Source of the DNA: Myxococcales bacterium
Lineage (GTDB): Bacteria; Myxococcota_A; Polyangia; Polyangiales; Polyangiaceae
Reading direction: 5' to 3'
NCBI GenBank assembly: GCA_043747615.1
Contig: JAYTOU010000062.1
Coordinates: 1-53,397 of the forward strand
DNA length: 53,397 nucleotides
The position numbers were made by a program, and so were the translations under genes. This document shows positions 19,524 through 28,350 of the stretch, piece by piece. The notes under the pieces are model-generated. The model was given only the letters and a program-made list of their open reading frames with translations. It had not been told where the DNA came from and ran no database searches. Each line of letters starts with the position of its first letter. Position 1 is the stretch's first letter.

Positions 19524-21502
19524 CGTCCGGCCCCGCCGACGAGCATCGCAGCAATGCTCACGATGACTACCAGCGCTGCCGCAAAGGCAAACCGCGGCGA
19601 CTCGGGAATACGCTCCGACGTCTTCGTGACAAACTCTTCTCCCTGCCCGATGACTTCGAACATCCTCCGCTCGACAGCGTCGTGGTGATGCGTCGAGAGA
19701 TGGCCGCGGTCAGGCGGGAAGACTTGCTCCGAGAGGCGCTCCCGCCGGAGCTGAGGAAGGAAGGCCTCGAATAGCAGCGCAAATTGCGCGGAGAACGAGC
19801 TGCCCGTGTACTGCATTCTCGGGTTGGGTGCGGTGTAGCCGCAGCCCCATGTGACGTGTCGGCGTGCTCCGCGTCCGGCGAGCCATCCGACGGCGCAGAA
19901 GAGCACGAGGCCCACCGCAAGCATCCGGCAGACGAGCTGCACGGGCAGCAGCGTGGTCATCAATATGGAGTCGTTGATCGGGATCGCGCCTACGCGGAAC
20001 ATCGAGATCGTCGAGCGGGCGAAGGTCAGGCCGGCGATCGGAAATAGACCCATGAGGACGACTCCCCCGGCGTGAACGGCCATCGGGACAAGCATGGTCC
20101 ACGGCGCATCGCCGTCTGTGTGGATGGCCGCGTCTCTCGGCTTACCCAAAAACGCGACGCCAAAAGCGCGGGTCATGGAGAGAGCACTGACTGCTCCGAC
20201 GAACGCCAGCAGCGCGGCAGCGCCGACCATCGCTATCGTCGCCATGGCGGATGGTGCGGCGCCGGAGAGTAGCCCGGAGTAGATGAGAAATTCGCTGATG
20301 AAGCCGTTCAGCGGCGGAAGCGCGGAGATAGCAAGAGCGCCGACGATGAACATTAGGGCGGTACGGGGCATCGCGCGCACGATCCCCCCCAAGCGTTCGA
20401 TATCGATCGTGTGGGTTGCTCGGTAGACCGCGCCCGCAGCGTAGAAGAGCAGGCACTTGAAGAGGGCGTGGTTGAAGATGTGGAGGATGCCGCCACCGAA
20501 GCCAGCGACGACGAGCGCCGGCTTGTCCCACGAGAGTCCGAGGTAGCCGATCCCAAAACCGATCGCGGCGATGCCGACGTTTTCGGTCGACGAATAGCCC
20601 AGGAGGCGTTTCATATCTCGCTGCACGGAGGTGTAGAGAACGCCAAAGAGCGCCGAGGTGCAGGCAAACCCTAGGACGCACCACCCCATCCACTCCTCGG
20701 GTCGCCCGATGAGCAACGTGAAGCGCAGGAAGCCGAAGAGGCCTGCTTTGTGAATCACACCGGACATCAGAGCCGACACATGCGCGGGCGCAGCGGAGTG
20801 AGCGCGCGGCAACCATGTGTGGAACGGAAAGAAGGCGGACTTGAGAGCGCACGAGGTCCCGAGAAGAACGAACGCGATGCTACGCAGGCGGCTGCGTTTG
20901 GCGAGGAAGGTGCCGAACGCGTCGAAGTCCATCGAGCGCGTCTGACTGTGCATCAACATGAATGCGGCGACGAGCACGAACAGGCCGACGTGCGTCGAGA
21001 CGAGGTAGTTGAAACCTGCGAAGCGGATCTTCTGGTTTCGGTATTCCCAGATCACCAGCAGCCATGCGGACACGGCGGCAATCTCCCAGCCCAGCAAGAA
21101 GACGAGCGCGTTCTGGACCGAGTAGATGATGATGAACGACAGGCACACCATGTTGAGCAAGGCAAAGTGGGGCGCGGCGTTACGGCCGGTGTCGAACGAC
21201 GGGCGGAGATAGCCGACGGCGTAGACGCTCCCGAGAAACGTCATAGGGAGGGACCACGCGAGGAAGAACGCGCCAAGGGCGTCCACGCGCATTCGGATCG
21301 TTTCCACCGGGAAGGACCAAGGAAGCTCGGCTTCGAGCCCCGGTCCGCCGGCTAGCACGGGAGCGATCGCGCGGAGCACGAGGAGCGTTGCCACCGCCTG
21401 CGCGACCAAGGCCACCCCGGCGCGGTGACCGTTCTTACGAAGCAAGAGAGACATCCCCGCACCCGAAATGAGAATGAGGCCGGAGATCAGTAGGTAATGC
21501 AT
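19520..21502 (-). CDS. hyfB: HyfB-like proton-translocating membrane subunit
   Basis: PFHTWLPRAHSAAP, KRLLGYSSTEN, PPLNGFISE, TWGCGY..RMQYTGSSF. Confidence 0.88.
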   Translation of the reverse strand: MHYLLISGLILISGAGMSLLLRKNGHRAGVALVAQAVATLLVLRAIAPVLAGGPGLEAELPWSFPVETIRMRVDALGAFFLAWSLPMTFLGSVYAVGYLRPSFDTGRNAAPHFALLNMVCLSFIIIYSVQNALVFLLGWEIAAVSAWLLVIWEYRNQKIRFAGFNYLVSTHVGLFVLVAAFMLMHSQTRSMDFDAFGTFLAKRSRLRSIAFVLLGTSCALKSAFFPFHTWLPRAHSAAPAHVSALMSGVIHKAGLFGFLRFTLLIGRPEEWMGWCVLGFACTSALFGVLYTSVQRDMKRLLGYSSTENVGIAAIGFGIGYLGLSWDKPALVVAGFGGGILHIFNHALFKCLLFYAAGAVYRATHTIDIERLGGIVRAMPRTALMFIVGALAISALPPLNGFISEFLIYSGLLSGAAPSAMATIAMVGAAALLAFVGAVSALSMTRAFGVAFLGKPRDAAIHTDGDAPWTMLVPMAVHAGGVVLMGLFPIAGLTFARSTISMFRVGAIPINDSILMTTLLPVQLVCRMLAVGLVLFCAVGWLAGRGARRHVTWGCGYTAPNPRMQYTGSSFSAQFALLFEAFLPQLRRERLSEQVFPPDRGHLSTHHHDAVERRMFEVIGQGEEFVTKTSERIPESPRFAFAAALVVIVSIAAMLVGGAGR

Positions 21503-21563
21503 GTGCGCTGTCTGAGAACGATGCGGTTGCAGCGGACGGGAATCATTTCACTGAAGTCACTAG

Positions 21564-21579
21564 AGCAATCGCGGTGCCA
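21564..21579 (-). promoter_or_regulatory. sigma54 promoter of the Ehr operon
   Basis: Minus strand TGGCACCGCGATTGCT, near-consensus. Confidence 0.82.
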
Positions 21580-21890
21580 CGCGCCCTTTGAGCAACCGGA
21601 GGTTTTTTTCCCTCCTGCCCGTCCCAACTTGGGCCGTCAGGCGCAGACTCGTCATGTTGACGCAGTGCTTTCCGCAAGGCAGCGCATCGAGCGCCATCTC
21701 GGTGTGACGTTCGCTCGGTTCGAGGGGGCGACGCGAGGCTCCCAGGCCTGACTGCCCCCGGCCCGGTCTTTCCTGCGCCAAAACGGCGTGAGCGCGACCG
21801 TCTAGGTTGAAGCGGGCACGCGGACCGCGGGCGGCGTGCTCTCGAGAGCCACAATCCTCAACAGCGAGCGAACCCACGTCGATTTGCCAC

Positions 21891-21906
21891 TGGCACCAAC
21901 GTTGCT
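21891..21906 (+). promoter_or_regulatory. sigma54 -24/-12 promoter
   Basis: TGGCACCAACGTTGCT; ATG 21921 is 16 nt after the -12 C. Confidence 0.82.
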
Positions 21907-21920
21907 CCGGACACGCAGAG

Positions 21921-22349
21921 ATGGACCTACCGCCCAAGCGCCGACCTCACGTGACGATCGTCTCCGACAATGCGGAGACGCTCGACGGCCTCGAGAGCTA
22001 TCTGCGCTCCGCGGGCCTGATTGCACAGGGAACGCGTCTGCTCGAGCGAGCGGTCGAGATGACTCCTCTCTCGTTTTCCGCCGTCCTCCTCTTCCCCGAC
22101 GACTTCCCCGCCCATCGTGTCGATGCGATCCTCGCCCAGCTACAGAAGCATCGACCAAAGGCGCAGCGCGTCCTGGTCACCAGCGACCCGAAGCGCTTCG
22201 ATGGTCTGTTTGGGGACGCGCCACTAGCCGTGCTCGTCGTGCCCAAGCCCGTCTGGGGGTGGACGATACTCGACGCGATTCGCGCTCGCTTTGATTCCGA
22301 GGCCGAGGAAGGCGAGGATTTTTCGACGAAGAAAAGGAATCGATCGTGA
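21921..22349 (+). CDS. stand-alone atypical (pseudo-)receiver domain protein 1
   Basis: REC-like order: HVTIVSDN, AVLLFPDDF (F where the phospho-Asp is expected), VLVTS, VPKPV. Confidence 0.65.
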   Translation: MDLPPKRRPHVTIVSDNAETLDGLESYLRSAGLIAQGTRLLERAVEMTPLSFSAVLLFPDDFPAHRVDAILAQLQKHRPKAQRVLVTSDPKRFDGLFGDAPLAVLVVPKPVWGWTILDAIRARFDSEAEEGEDFSTKKRNRS

Positions 22350-22364
22350 GAGCGCGCCGCCTGC

Positions 22365-23003
22365 TCAGGCGCTCTTCGTCCATAAGCGGAGCGTTCCATC
22401 ACAGGAGCGTTCGCTGTGAACCAGCTTGAACCCCGGAGGCATCTTCCCTCCGCGGCCATAGTAGGTCACGACTGCTGTGCGGGGCGGAGCGGACGCGAGC
22501 ATGGAGTCGGAGACGCGCAGATCGGCGTGATAGCGCGCCTCCGAGAGAGGGACGGAGTTGTCGAGGTGCGCCGCATGGTTCAAATTCTCGGCGAACGGAT
22601 TGAAGAAATAGTAGGCGTCGAAAGGCTCCTTTTTCATCTGCTTCAGGCTGCCGTAGACGAACTCGGCACGGTGCGCGCCGAGCCTGCGCGCGCTCTTGCT
22701 CGCTACTTCCGCGAGGTGAGCGCGGTGCTCAATTCCAACGAATGTCGTCCGCTCTGTGGTCAGGGCGCCGACAATGCAGAACTTCCCGACGCCCGCGCCG
22801 ACGTCGAGCACACGACACGCGCCCGCTTCGACAAGCAGTTCGGCGGCACGCCGCGCGGTCGCTACTGGAGTCCAAAAGTGCTCGGACGCGATCCGGTAGG
22901 GGATCGGATAGATCGCATCAAAGACCTCGTCGCGCACCTCTTCACGCGAATGCAGCGCGTGCTGGAGGCGCTCGAGGTTTCCGACGTAGCCCGTGACGTC
23001 CAT
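22365..23003 (-). CDS. class I SAM-dependent methyltransferase (paralog 2 of 4); start may be GTG 23060
   Basis: FDAIYP, FWTPV, VLDVGAGVGKFC, GIEHR, YFFNPFAEN, VVTYYG, LRLWTK. Confidence 0.82.
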   Translation of the reverse strand: MDVTGYVGNLERLQHALHSREEVRDEVFDAIYPIPYRIASEHFWTPVATARRAAELLVEAGACRVLDVGAGVGKFCIVGALTTERTTFVGIEHRAHLAEVASKSARRLGAHRAEFVYGSLKQMKKEPFDAYYFFNPFAENLNHAAHLDNSVPLSEARYHADLRVSDSMLASAPPRTAVVTYYGRGGKMPPGFKLVHSERSCDGTLRLWTKSA

Positions 23004-23067
23004 CAGGTTCGGTCCGGCGAGAGGCCGCGGGTTCTTTGGGCGTAGGGCGGCGGCGATCACGCGCACA

Positions 23068-23940
23068 CTAGGCTCGCACGAGGTCGACTGATGGACGACC
23101 GGGCAGCATCTTGCTCTTTTTCCACAGCTCAAGCTTGTCCGTGTGCTGTGGCTCGCGGAGCACCAAGTCGTAGCCCGGAGGCATCTGACCCCCGAAGCCG
23201 TGATATGTCACGACGCGAGTGCCGACGCGCGCCCGCCTGAGCATGTTCTCGGCAGACGCGACATCCGCGAAATAGCGCTCCTTCGAGAGCTCCACCGTCT
23301 GATCAAGATGGGTGTCTGATTCCCATAGATTTTCTTCGAATGGGTTGAAGAAGTAGATCGCGTCGAAATCCGCCACGTCGATAGCGTCGAACGAACCTCG
23401 GATGAATTGCGCGGAATGCACGGCGATCCGCCGTCTTGCGTCCTCGGCCACGCGAACCAAATGCGCTCTTTGCTCGACGCCGACGAACGCCGCCCCGGTC
23501 GACGCCGCTCCCACGATGCAAAATTTTCCGACCCCTGAACCAACATCGAGAACGCGATCCGCTTTTCCAGAAACGAGAAGTTCCGCGGCTCGAACGGCAA
23601 CCGACACGGGCGTCCAGAAGGAGGACGAGACGGCGCGCACGTCGGGCGGGTAGACGCCGTCGAACTCGGAATCCAGGATTGCCTGTTGTTGGCGGAGCTG
23701 CGCATGAAGAGCCCGAATCCTGGATTCTCGATCTACGTCTTCGCGCTCCTCGTGAGTCATGAGCAGACTGCGTATGGCTCGAATGGATCGATTCAGCAGG
23801 TGGCTTTTGGGAAGGCCTTCGACTCGAGATGGATCCTCGCGCGACGGCATCTCGAGGGCCGCGAGGTCTAGGGCATCACTCGACCCACCGCGCCCTACCG
23901 GTAGGCTCCGCGCTACCGTCTTATTAGAAGCCTCGCTCAT
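23068..23940 (-). CDS. class I SAM-dependent methyltransferase (paralog 3 of 4)
   Basis: FDGVYP, FWTPV, VLDVGSGVGKFC, GVEQR, YFFNPFEEN, VVTYHG, LELWKK; GGAG before ATG 23940. Confidence 0.85.
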   Translation of the reverse strand: MSEASNKTVARSLPVGRGGSSDALDLAALEMPSREDPSRVEGLPKSHLLNRSIRAIRSLLMTHEEREDVDRESRIRALHAQLRQQQAILDSEFDGVYPPDVRAVSSSFWTPVSVAVRAAELLVSGKADRVLDVGSGVGKFCIVGAASTGAAFVGVEQRAHLVRVAEDARRRIAVHSAQFIRGSFDAIDVADFDAIYFFNPFEENLWESDTHLDQTVELSKERYFADVASAENMLRRARVGTRVVTYHGFGGQMPPGYDLVLREPQHTDKLELWKKSKMLPGRPSVDLVRA

Positions 23941-24006
23941 CGCGTCTCCAAAGTTGTGGGTGATACGAATGACTGCTAGCGCGCGCTCGTGCGCTGCCCC
24001 TACTCG

Positions 24007-24022
24007 AGCAATGTTCATGCCC
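24007..24022 (-). promoter_or_regulatory. sigma54 promoter of the methyltransferase pair
   Basis: Minus strand GGGCATGAACATTGCT. Confidence 0.7.
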
Positions 24023-24048
24023 TCGCGGCATGCGAATCCGCGAAGTCG

Positions 24049-24492
24049 TCAGTCCGTAAACGGCAATTCTGGACCGGAGGGCTCGATCTCCCTCAGGTCA
24101 TTCATCCTTGCGGGCACGCGCACGCCGATCGTTTCGAGCACCCTTCGGACCCAAGTCGCGGAGGTAGTGAACATCCCAGGCCGGTCGTGCGCGATCCTCG
24201 GCAGCCAGATCGCCGGCACGCGGTCGGTGACTGCGATCAACTTTGGACCTGCCGGCGAATCGGCGAGCGCGCGAAGACGCTCGACAAGGACGGCGTCCTG
24301 AAAACCGTCGACGAAGATGACCATCACTTCGCACCGGTCGGCCGTTGCCTTCAAATCAGCAAGCCCGAAGACGCCATGCGCCTCTACTCCAAGCCGCTGC
24401 AATTCTCGCGTTCGGTCTGGGAGTTCATTCCCCCCGCAGACGACCGCCACGCGCTGGTTTTCCCGACTCCTTGATCGCTCATCAACGTTCAT
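24049..24492 (-). CDS. stand-alone atypical (pseudo-)receiver domain protein 2
   Basis: RVAVVCGG, VMVIFVDGF, LIAVTD, W..RVLETI; shares F-x-D-x-F and the C-terminal W-helix with 21921-22349. Confidence 0.55.
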   Translation of the reverse strand: MNVDERSRSRENQRVAVVCGGNELPDRTRELQRLGVEAHGVFGLADLKATADRCEVMVIFVDGFQDAVLVERLRALADSPAGPKLIAVTDRVPAIWLPRIAHDRPGMFTTSATWVRRVLETIGVRVPARMNDLREIEPSGPELPFTD

Positions 24493-24504
24493 CCTGCGAT
24501 CACG

Positions 24505-24520
24505 AGCAACCATTGTGCCG
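24505..24520 (-). promoter_or_regulatory. sigma54 -24/-12 promoter
   Basis: Minus strand CGGCACAATGGTTGCT; ATG 24492 is 14 nt after the -12 C. Confidence 0.78.
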
Positions 24521-24654
24521 CCGCATCCAGTCGCCTCACCTGGTGGTCTTCGGCCGGCAGACTCAATTACGTGGGCGCAATCCCCTGTGGCGACAGGCTG
24601 TCGTACCGAGCAGCGAACCCCGCCCCCGATCAAGCCTGAAGGACGGGCGCTTTC

Positions 24655-25707
24655 TTAGCGCACACGCTTGTGCGCGCCATTCGTCTCGGCGGTCCGCATC
24701 GACGATGCACCGGATCGCGCCGCGTACCGTTGCATCGTGCGCAAGCTCAGGCCCAAGCGTCGCGCGGCTCGAGAACGGTTACCTGCCTCGAGCTCGAGCG
24801 CTCCGCGCAACACTCGCTCGATCGTCATCTCGAGGGGTTGGTCGAGACGCACTTCGAGGATGTTGCCACCAACGCTCGCGGGAGCACCGTTTTCTATCGG
24901 GGAAGGGGCCACGGGCCGCGCCGCCTGCTGGATCGACTCGGGCATGTCACGCACACGGGCTTGCTTCCCCTCGCGGAGCAGACACAGAAGCTCGACCGTG
25001 TTGCGTAGCTCGCGCACGTTGCCAGGCCAGAGGTAGCGACGGAGCGCCTCCATCGTTGCCCGCGTCAGGCGGGGAGGCTTCGTCCCGTGTCTCGCCGAGG
25101 CTTGGGCCACGAACTGACTTACGAGCGGCCCGATATCGGCGAGACGCTCGCGCAACGGCGGAATGCGCAGCGTGATGCCTTGGATACGGTAAAAGAGATC
25201 CGCGCGGAAGCGGCCTGCTTTGACCTCTTCCTCGATTGGCCGGAGGGTCGCCGTGACGAGACGAACATCCACTGCGATTTTTGTGGAGCCGCCGACGCGC
25301 ATGAATTTGCGGTTCTCGAGAAATCGAAGAAGCTTGGCCTGCATCGCGAGCGGCATCTCGCCGATCTCGTCCAAGAAGAGCGTGCCCCCTGTGGCCGCCT
25401 CGATCTTGCCTCGTGCACGATCACTCGCGCCGGTGAATGCGCCGCGCTCGTGCCCGAAGAGCTCACTCTCAAAGAGCGCTTCAGGGATCGCGGCGCAATT
25501 GATCGGAACAAAGGGGCCAGTGTGACGATGCGAAAGTTCGTGAAGCCGGCGCGCAAGGATCTCCTTGCCCGTGCCGCTCTCGCCGGTAAAGGTGACGACG
25601 ACGTCCTTCCCCGCGATTGTTCGAACGACGCGATCAAGCTGTCGCATCGCCGCGGACTGGAGCACCGGCGCGAGGACTACGTCAGCCTGTCGTTTGGCGC
25701 TCCGCAT
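24655..25707 (-). CDS. sigma54 enhancer-binding protein (AAA+ and Fis-type HTH) without an N-terminal sensor domain
   Basis: GESGTGKE, GAFTGA, LFLDEIGE, FRADLFYR, WPGNVREL, NRSRAARRLGLS; only ~15 aa precede the AAA+ domain. Confidence 0.9.
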   Translation of the reverse strand: MRSAKRQADVVLAPVLQSAAMRQLDRVVRTIAGKDVVVTFTGESGTGKEILARRLHELSHRHTGPFVPINCAAIPEALFESELFGHERGAFTGASDRARGKIEAATGGTLFLDEIGEMPLAMQAKLLRFLENRKFMRVGGSTKIAVDVRLVTATLRPIEEEVKAGRFRADLFYRIQGITLRIPPLRERLADIGPLVSQFVAQASARHGTKPPRLTRATMEALRRYLWPGNVRELRNTVELLCLLREGKQARVRDMPESIQQAARPVAPSPIENGAPASVGGNILEVRLDQPLEMTIERVLRGALELEAGNRSRAARRLGLSLRTMQRYAARSGASSMRTAETNGAHKRVR

Positions 25708-25783
25708 GGGCGAAACATACGCCAACCCCATGGGCCTGGGCCATCGATTCACGAGAGGCTCGGAAAAGTCGGTGGCTTGCGGG

Positions 25784-25799
25784 TGGAACGGAAGCTGCT
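25784..25799 (+). promoter_or_regulatory. sigma54 -24/-12 promoter
   Basis: TGGAACGGAAGCTGCT; in-frame GTG 25812 is 14 nt after the -12 C. Confidence 0.6.
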
Positions 25800-25811
25800 C
25801 TTGAGGTGCCT

Positions 25812-26420
25812 GTGTCCGAGTTGCCTGGTCTAGGAGACGAGAGCTCGGTGCTGTCTGCTGACGACGGAGAGCATCGCCCCGCACTCTACGTCGTGGATCG
25901 CACCGGGCACGTTGCCGCGTGGAGCCACGGGGCTGAGGAGTTGAAGGGCTACGCCTCGGGGCAGGCGATGGGCATGGCCGCCTCCGCCTTTTACCTTCCG
26001 ACGGACCGAGCAAACGCCATCCCTGAGAGCGAGCTCATCGCTGCCATCGGCGGACAAGAAACGTTCGAGGGGTGGCGTGTCCGACGAGACGGGACCCGAT
26101 TTCGGGCCGAGGTTCAGATCACGCATCTCTACGCCGGAAACGGACATGTGTCGGGGTTCGTCAAGGTCACCAGGGAGATACTCTCGTCCAGTCGCTCCGC
26201 GCTCACCACAGAGGCTCGAAGTCTGAGCGAGACGCTCCGGTCGGTCAGTCTGCATCTGCAGGCGCTTCACACCATCGTGGAGGCTCCGAGAGCGGAGACG
26301 CCAGAGCAGGTCGTGGCGAAGCTCACCGTGCTTGAGTGGCGACTCGCCCGTCTCGAAGAGGTCCTGCGTCAGGCCATGATCGCCAGCATCAGCGACCGGA
26401 GGGCAACGGCAAAGTCCTAG
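25812..26420 (+). CDS. PAS domain plus degenerate DHp-like helices, no ATPase domain (paralog 1)
   Basis: WSHGAEELKGY..EGWRVRRDGTRF..GFVKVTRE, then TL..VSLHLQAL..AKLTVLEWRLARL. Confidence 0.72.
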   Translation: MSELPGLGDESSVLSADDGEHRPALYVVDRTGHVAAWSHGAEELKGYASGQAMGMAASAFYLPTDRANAIPESELIAAIGGQETFEGWRVRRDGTRFRAEVQITHLYAGNGHVSGFVKVTREILSSSRSALTTEARSLSETLRSVSLHLQALHTIVEAPRAETPEQVVAKLTVLEWRLARLEEVLRQAMIASISDRRATAKS

Positions 26421-26563
26421 ATCGCATCGTTTGGCTACGTCACCGAGTCGCGATCGAGGTTGTCCATGACGCTAACGACCGGCCTCGCGTCGCTTATCAA
26501 CCCGCGATGACTGTCGGGGCGTCGAGGACGCAGTCCACGCCCGATTCGGCATGGAACGAACGA

Positions 26564-26579
26564 AGGCACGGGAGGTGCT
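26564..26579 (+). promoter_or_regulatory. sigma54 -24/-12 promoter
   Basis: AGGCACGGGAGGTGCT; ATG 26595 is 17 nt after the -12 C. Confidence 0.65.
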
Positions 26580-26594
26580 TTCTGGGAAACCAGG

Positions 26595-28349
26595 ATGACG
26601 AACAAGGCGTTGAGCGAATGGGTTTTTAAGGTTGCCGAGCACACCAAACCCGAATCGATCCGCTGGTGCGACGGAAGCGCAACCGAGGCCACGGCTTTGG
26701 AAGAGCGGATGATCACCGAGGGGACGCTCGTGCGCCTCAACGAGCAGAAGTTCCCACACAGCTTCCTTCATCGGTCGCACCCGACCGATGTCGCGCGCAC
26801 CGAGCACCTCACGTTCATCTGTTCGAAAAAAGAGGAAGACGCTGGGCCGACCAACAACTGGATGAGTCCCGAGGACGCGGATCGCAAAGTGTGGCCCCTC
26901 TTTGCGGGCGCGATGAAGGGGCGCACGATGTTCGTTGTCCCCTATCTCTTGGGACCTGACGGCTCGCCACATAGTCGCATCGGCGTCCAGATCACGGACA
27001 GCCCTTACGTTGCCGCGAGCCTTCGTATCATGACCCGGATGGGCGAGCTCGCCATGCGACGACTCGGCGAGAGCGCTTGCTTTGTACGAGGTGTTCACAG
27101 CCTCGGCGAGCTCTCGCCGGAGCGCCGATTCATTCTTCACTTTCCGCAGACGCGCACGATCTGGAGCATCGGTTCGGGATACGGCGGCAACGCACTCCTC
27201 AGCAAGAAGTCTCACTCCCTTCGGATTGCAAGCGTGGAAGCGCGCGACGAGGGGTGGTTGGCCGAGCACATGATGATCGTCGGGATCACCAATCCGCGAG
27301 GAGTGAAGCACTACGTGGCAGCCGCTTTCCCGAGCGCGTGCGGCAAGACCAACCTCGCGATGCTCGTCCCGAGCCTGCCAGGGTGGAAGGTAGAAACGGT
27401 GGGTGACGACATCTGCTGGATGCACGTCGGGGAAGACGGGCGGCTTTGGGCCATCAACCCCGAGGCCGGATTCTTCGGTGTAGCGCCGGGCACGAGCAAG
27501 AAGACGAATCCGAACGCGCTGGCAACGATCTCACGCAACGTCATCTTCACGAACGTGGCGCTCCGAAGCGATCTCACCCCATGGTGGGAGGGTCTGGAGG
27601 AGCTCGCCGACAACGAAACGCTGACGGACTGGCGCGGTCAGCCCTGGACGAACGGGCAATCCGAGCGGGCCGCGCACCCCAACTCGCGCTTCACCGTATC
27701 CGCTCGCCAATGTCCGATCGTCGGCGCAGGATTCGACGATCCCCGAGGCGTCCCGATCTCCGCGATTATTTTCGGCGGCCGGCGCGCTCACCTCACGCCT
27801 CTCGTCTACGAGGCATACGACTGGGCCCACGGCGTGTACGTCGGCGCCACCCTTGTCTCCGAGACAACAGCGGCGGCGACGGGGGCCGTCGGTGTCCCGC
27901 GCAACGACCCGATGGCGATGGTGCCGTTCTGTGGTGTCAACATGGGGGACTACTTCGGCCACTGGCTCTCGATGGGGCGGCGAGCGCTTCACCCGCCGCG
28001 CATCTTCCACGTGAACTGGTTCCGAGCCGGGCAGGACGGCAAGCCTATGTGGCCCGGCTTCGGGGAGAACATCCGCGTCCTCAAGTGGATCCTCGAGCGC
28101 GTGGACGGCGGCAAGGGCGCACGAAAAACGATCCTCGGCTACGTTCCGAGCCAAGATGCAATCGATCTCACCGGCCTCGATATCGACCATGATCGGTTCG
28201 AGGAGCTCGTCGCCCTCGATCCTCGGGCCTGGATGGCCGAAGCGGATCGGAACGGCGTGTTCCTCGATAAATTTGGCGACCGGTTGCCGGCAGGAATTCG
28301 TCGGGAGCATTCCGCGCTCGTCGACCGGATTCGTAGAGCAGTCTCCTGA
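26595..28349 (+). CDS. pckG: phosphoenolpyruvate carboxykinase (GTP)
   Basis: GSGYGGNALL, WLAEHM, AFPSACGKTNLAM, VGDDI, AHPNSRF, FHVNWFR. Confidence 0.95.
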   Translation: MTNKALSEWVFKVAEHTKPESIRWCDGSATEATALEERMITEGTLVRLNEQKFPHSFLHRSHPTDVARTEHLTFICSKKEEDAGPTNNWMSPEDADRKVWPLFAGAMKGRTMFVVPYLLGPDGSPHSRIGVQITDSPYVAASLRIMTRMGELAMRRLGESACFVRGVHSLGELSPERRFILHFPQTRTIWSIGSGYGGNALLSKKSHSLRIASVEARDEGWLAEHMMIVGITNPRGVKHYVAAAFPSACGKTNLAMLVPSLPGWKVETVGDDICWMHVGEDGRLWAINPEAGFFGVAPGTSKKTNPNALATISRNVIFTNVALRSDLTPWWEGLEELADNETLTDWRGQPWTNGQSERAAHPNSRFTVSARQCPIVGAGFDDPRGVPISAIIFGGRRAHLTPLVYEAYDWAHGVYVGATLVSETTAAATGAVGVPRNDPMAMVPFCGVNMGDYFGHWLSMGRRALHPPRIFHVNWFRAGQDGKPMWPGFGENIRVLKWILERVDGGKGARKTILGYVPSQDAIDLTGLDIDHDRFEELVALDPRAWMAEADRNGVFLDKFGDRLPAGIRREHSALVDRIRRAVS

Positions 28350-28350
28350 T

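Noticed and set aside
25708..26013. N-terminal sensor domain for the bEBP
   Set aside because: Arg/Pro-rich, non-domain-like translation that overlaps the divergent PAS gene and its promoter.
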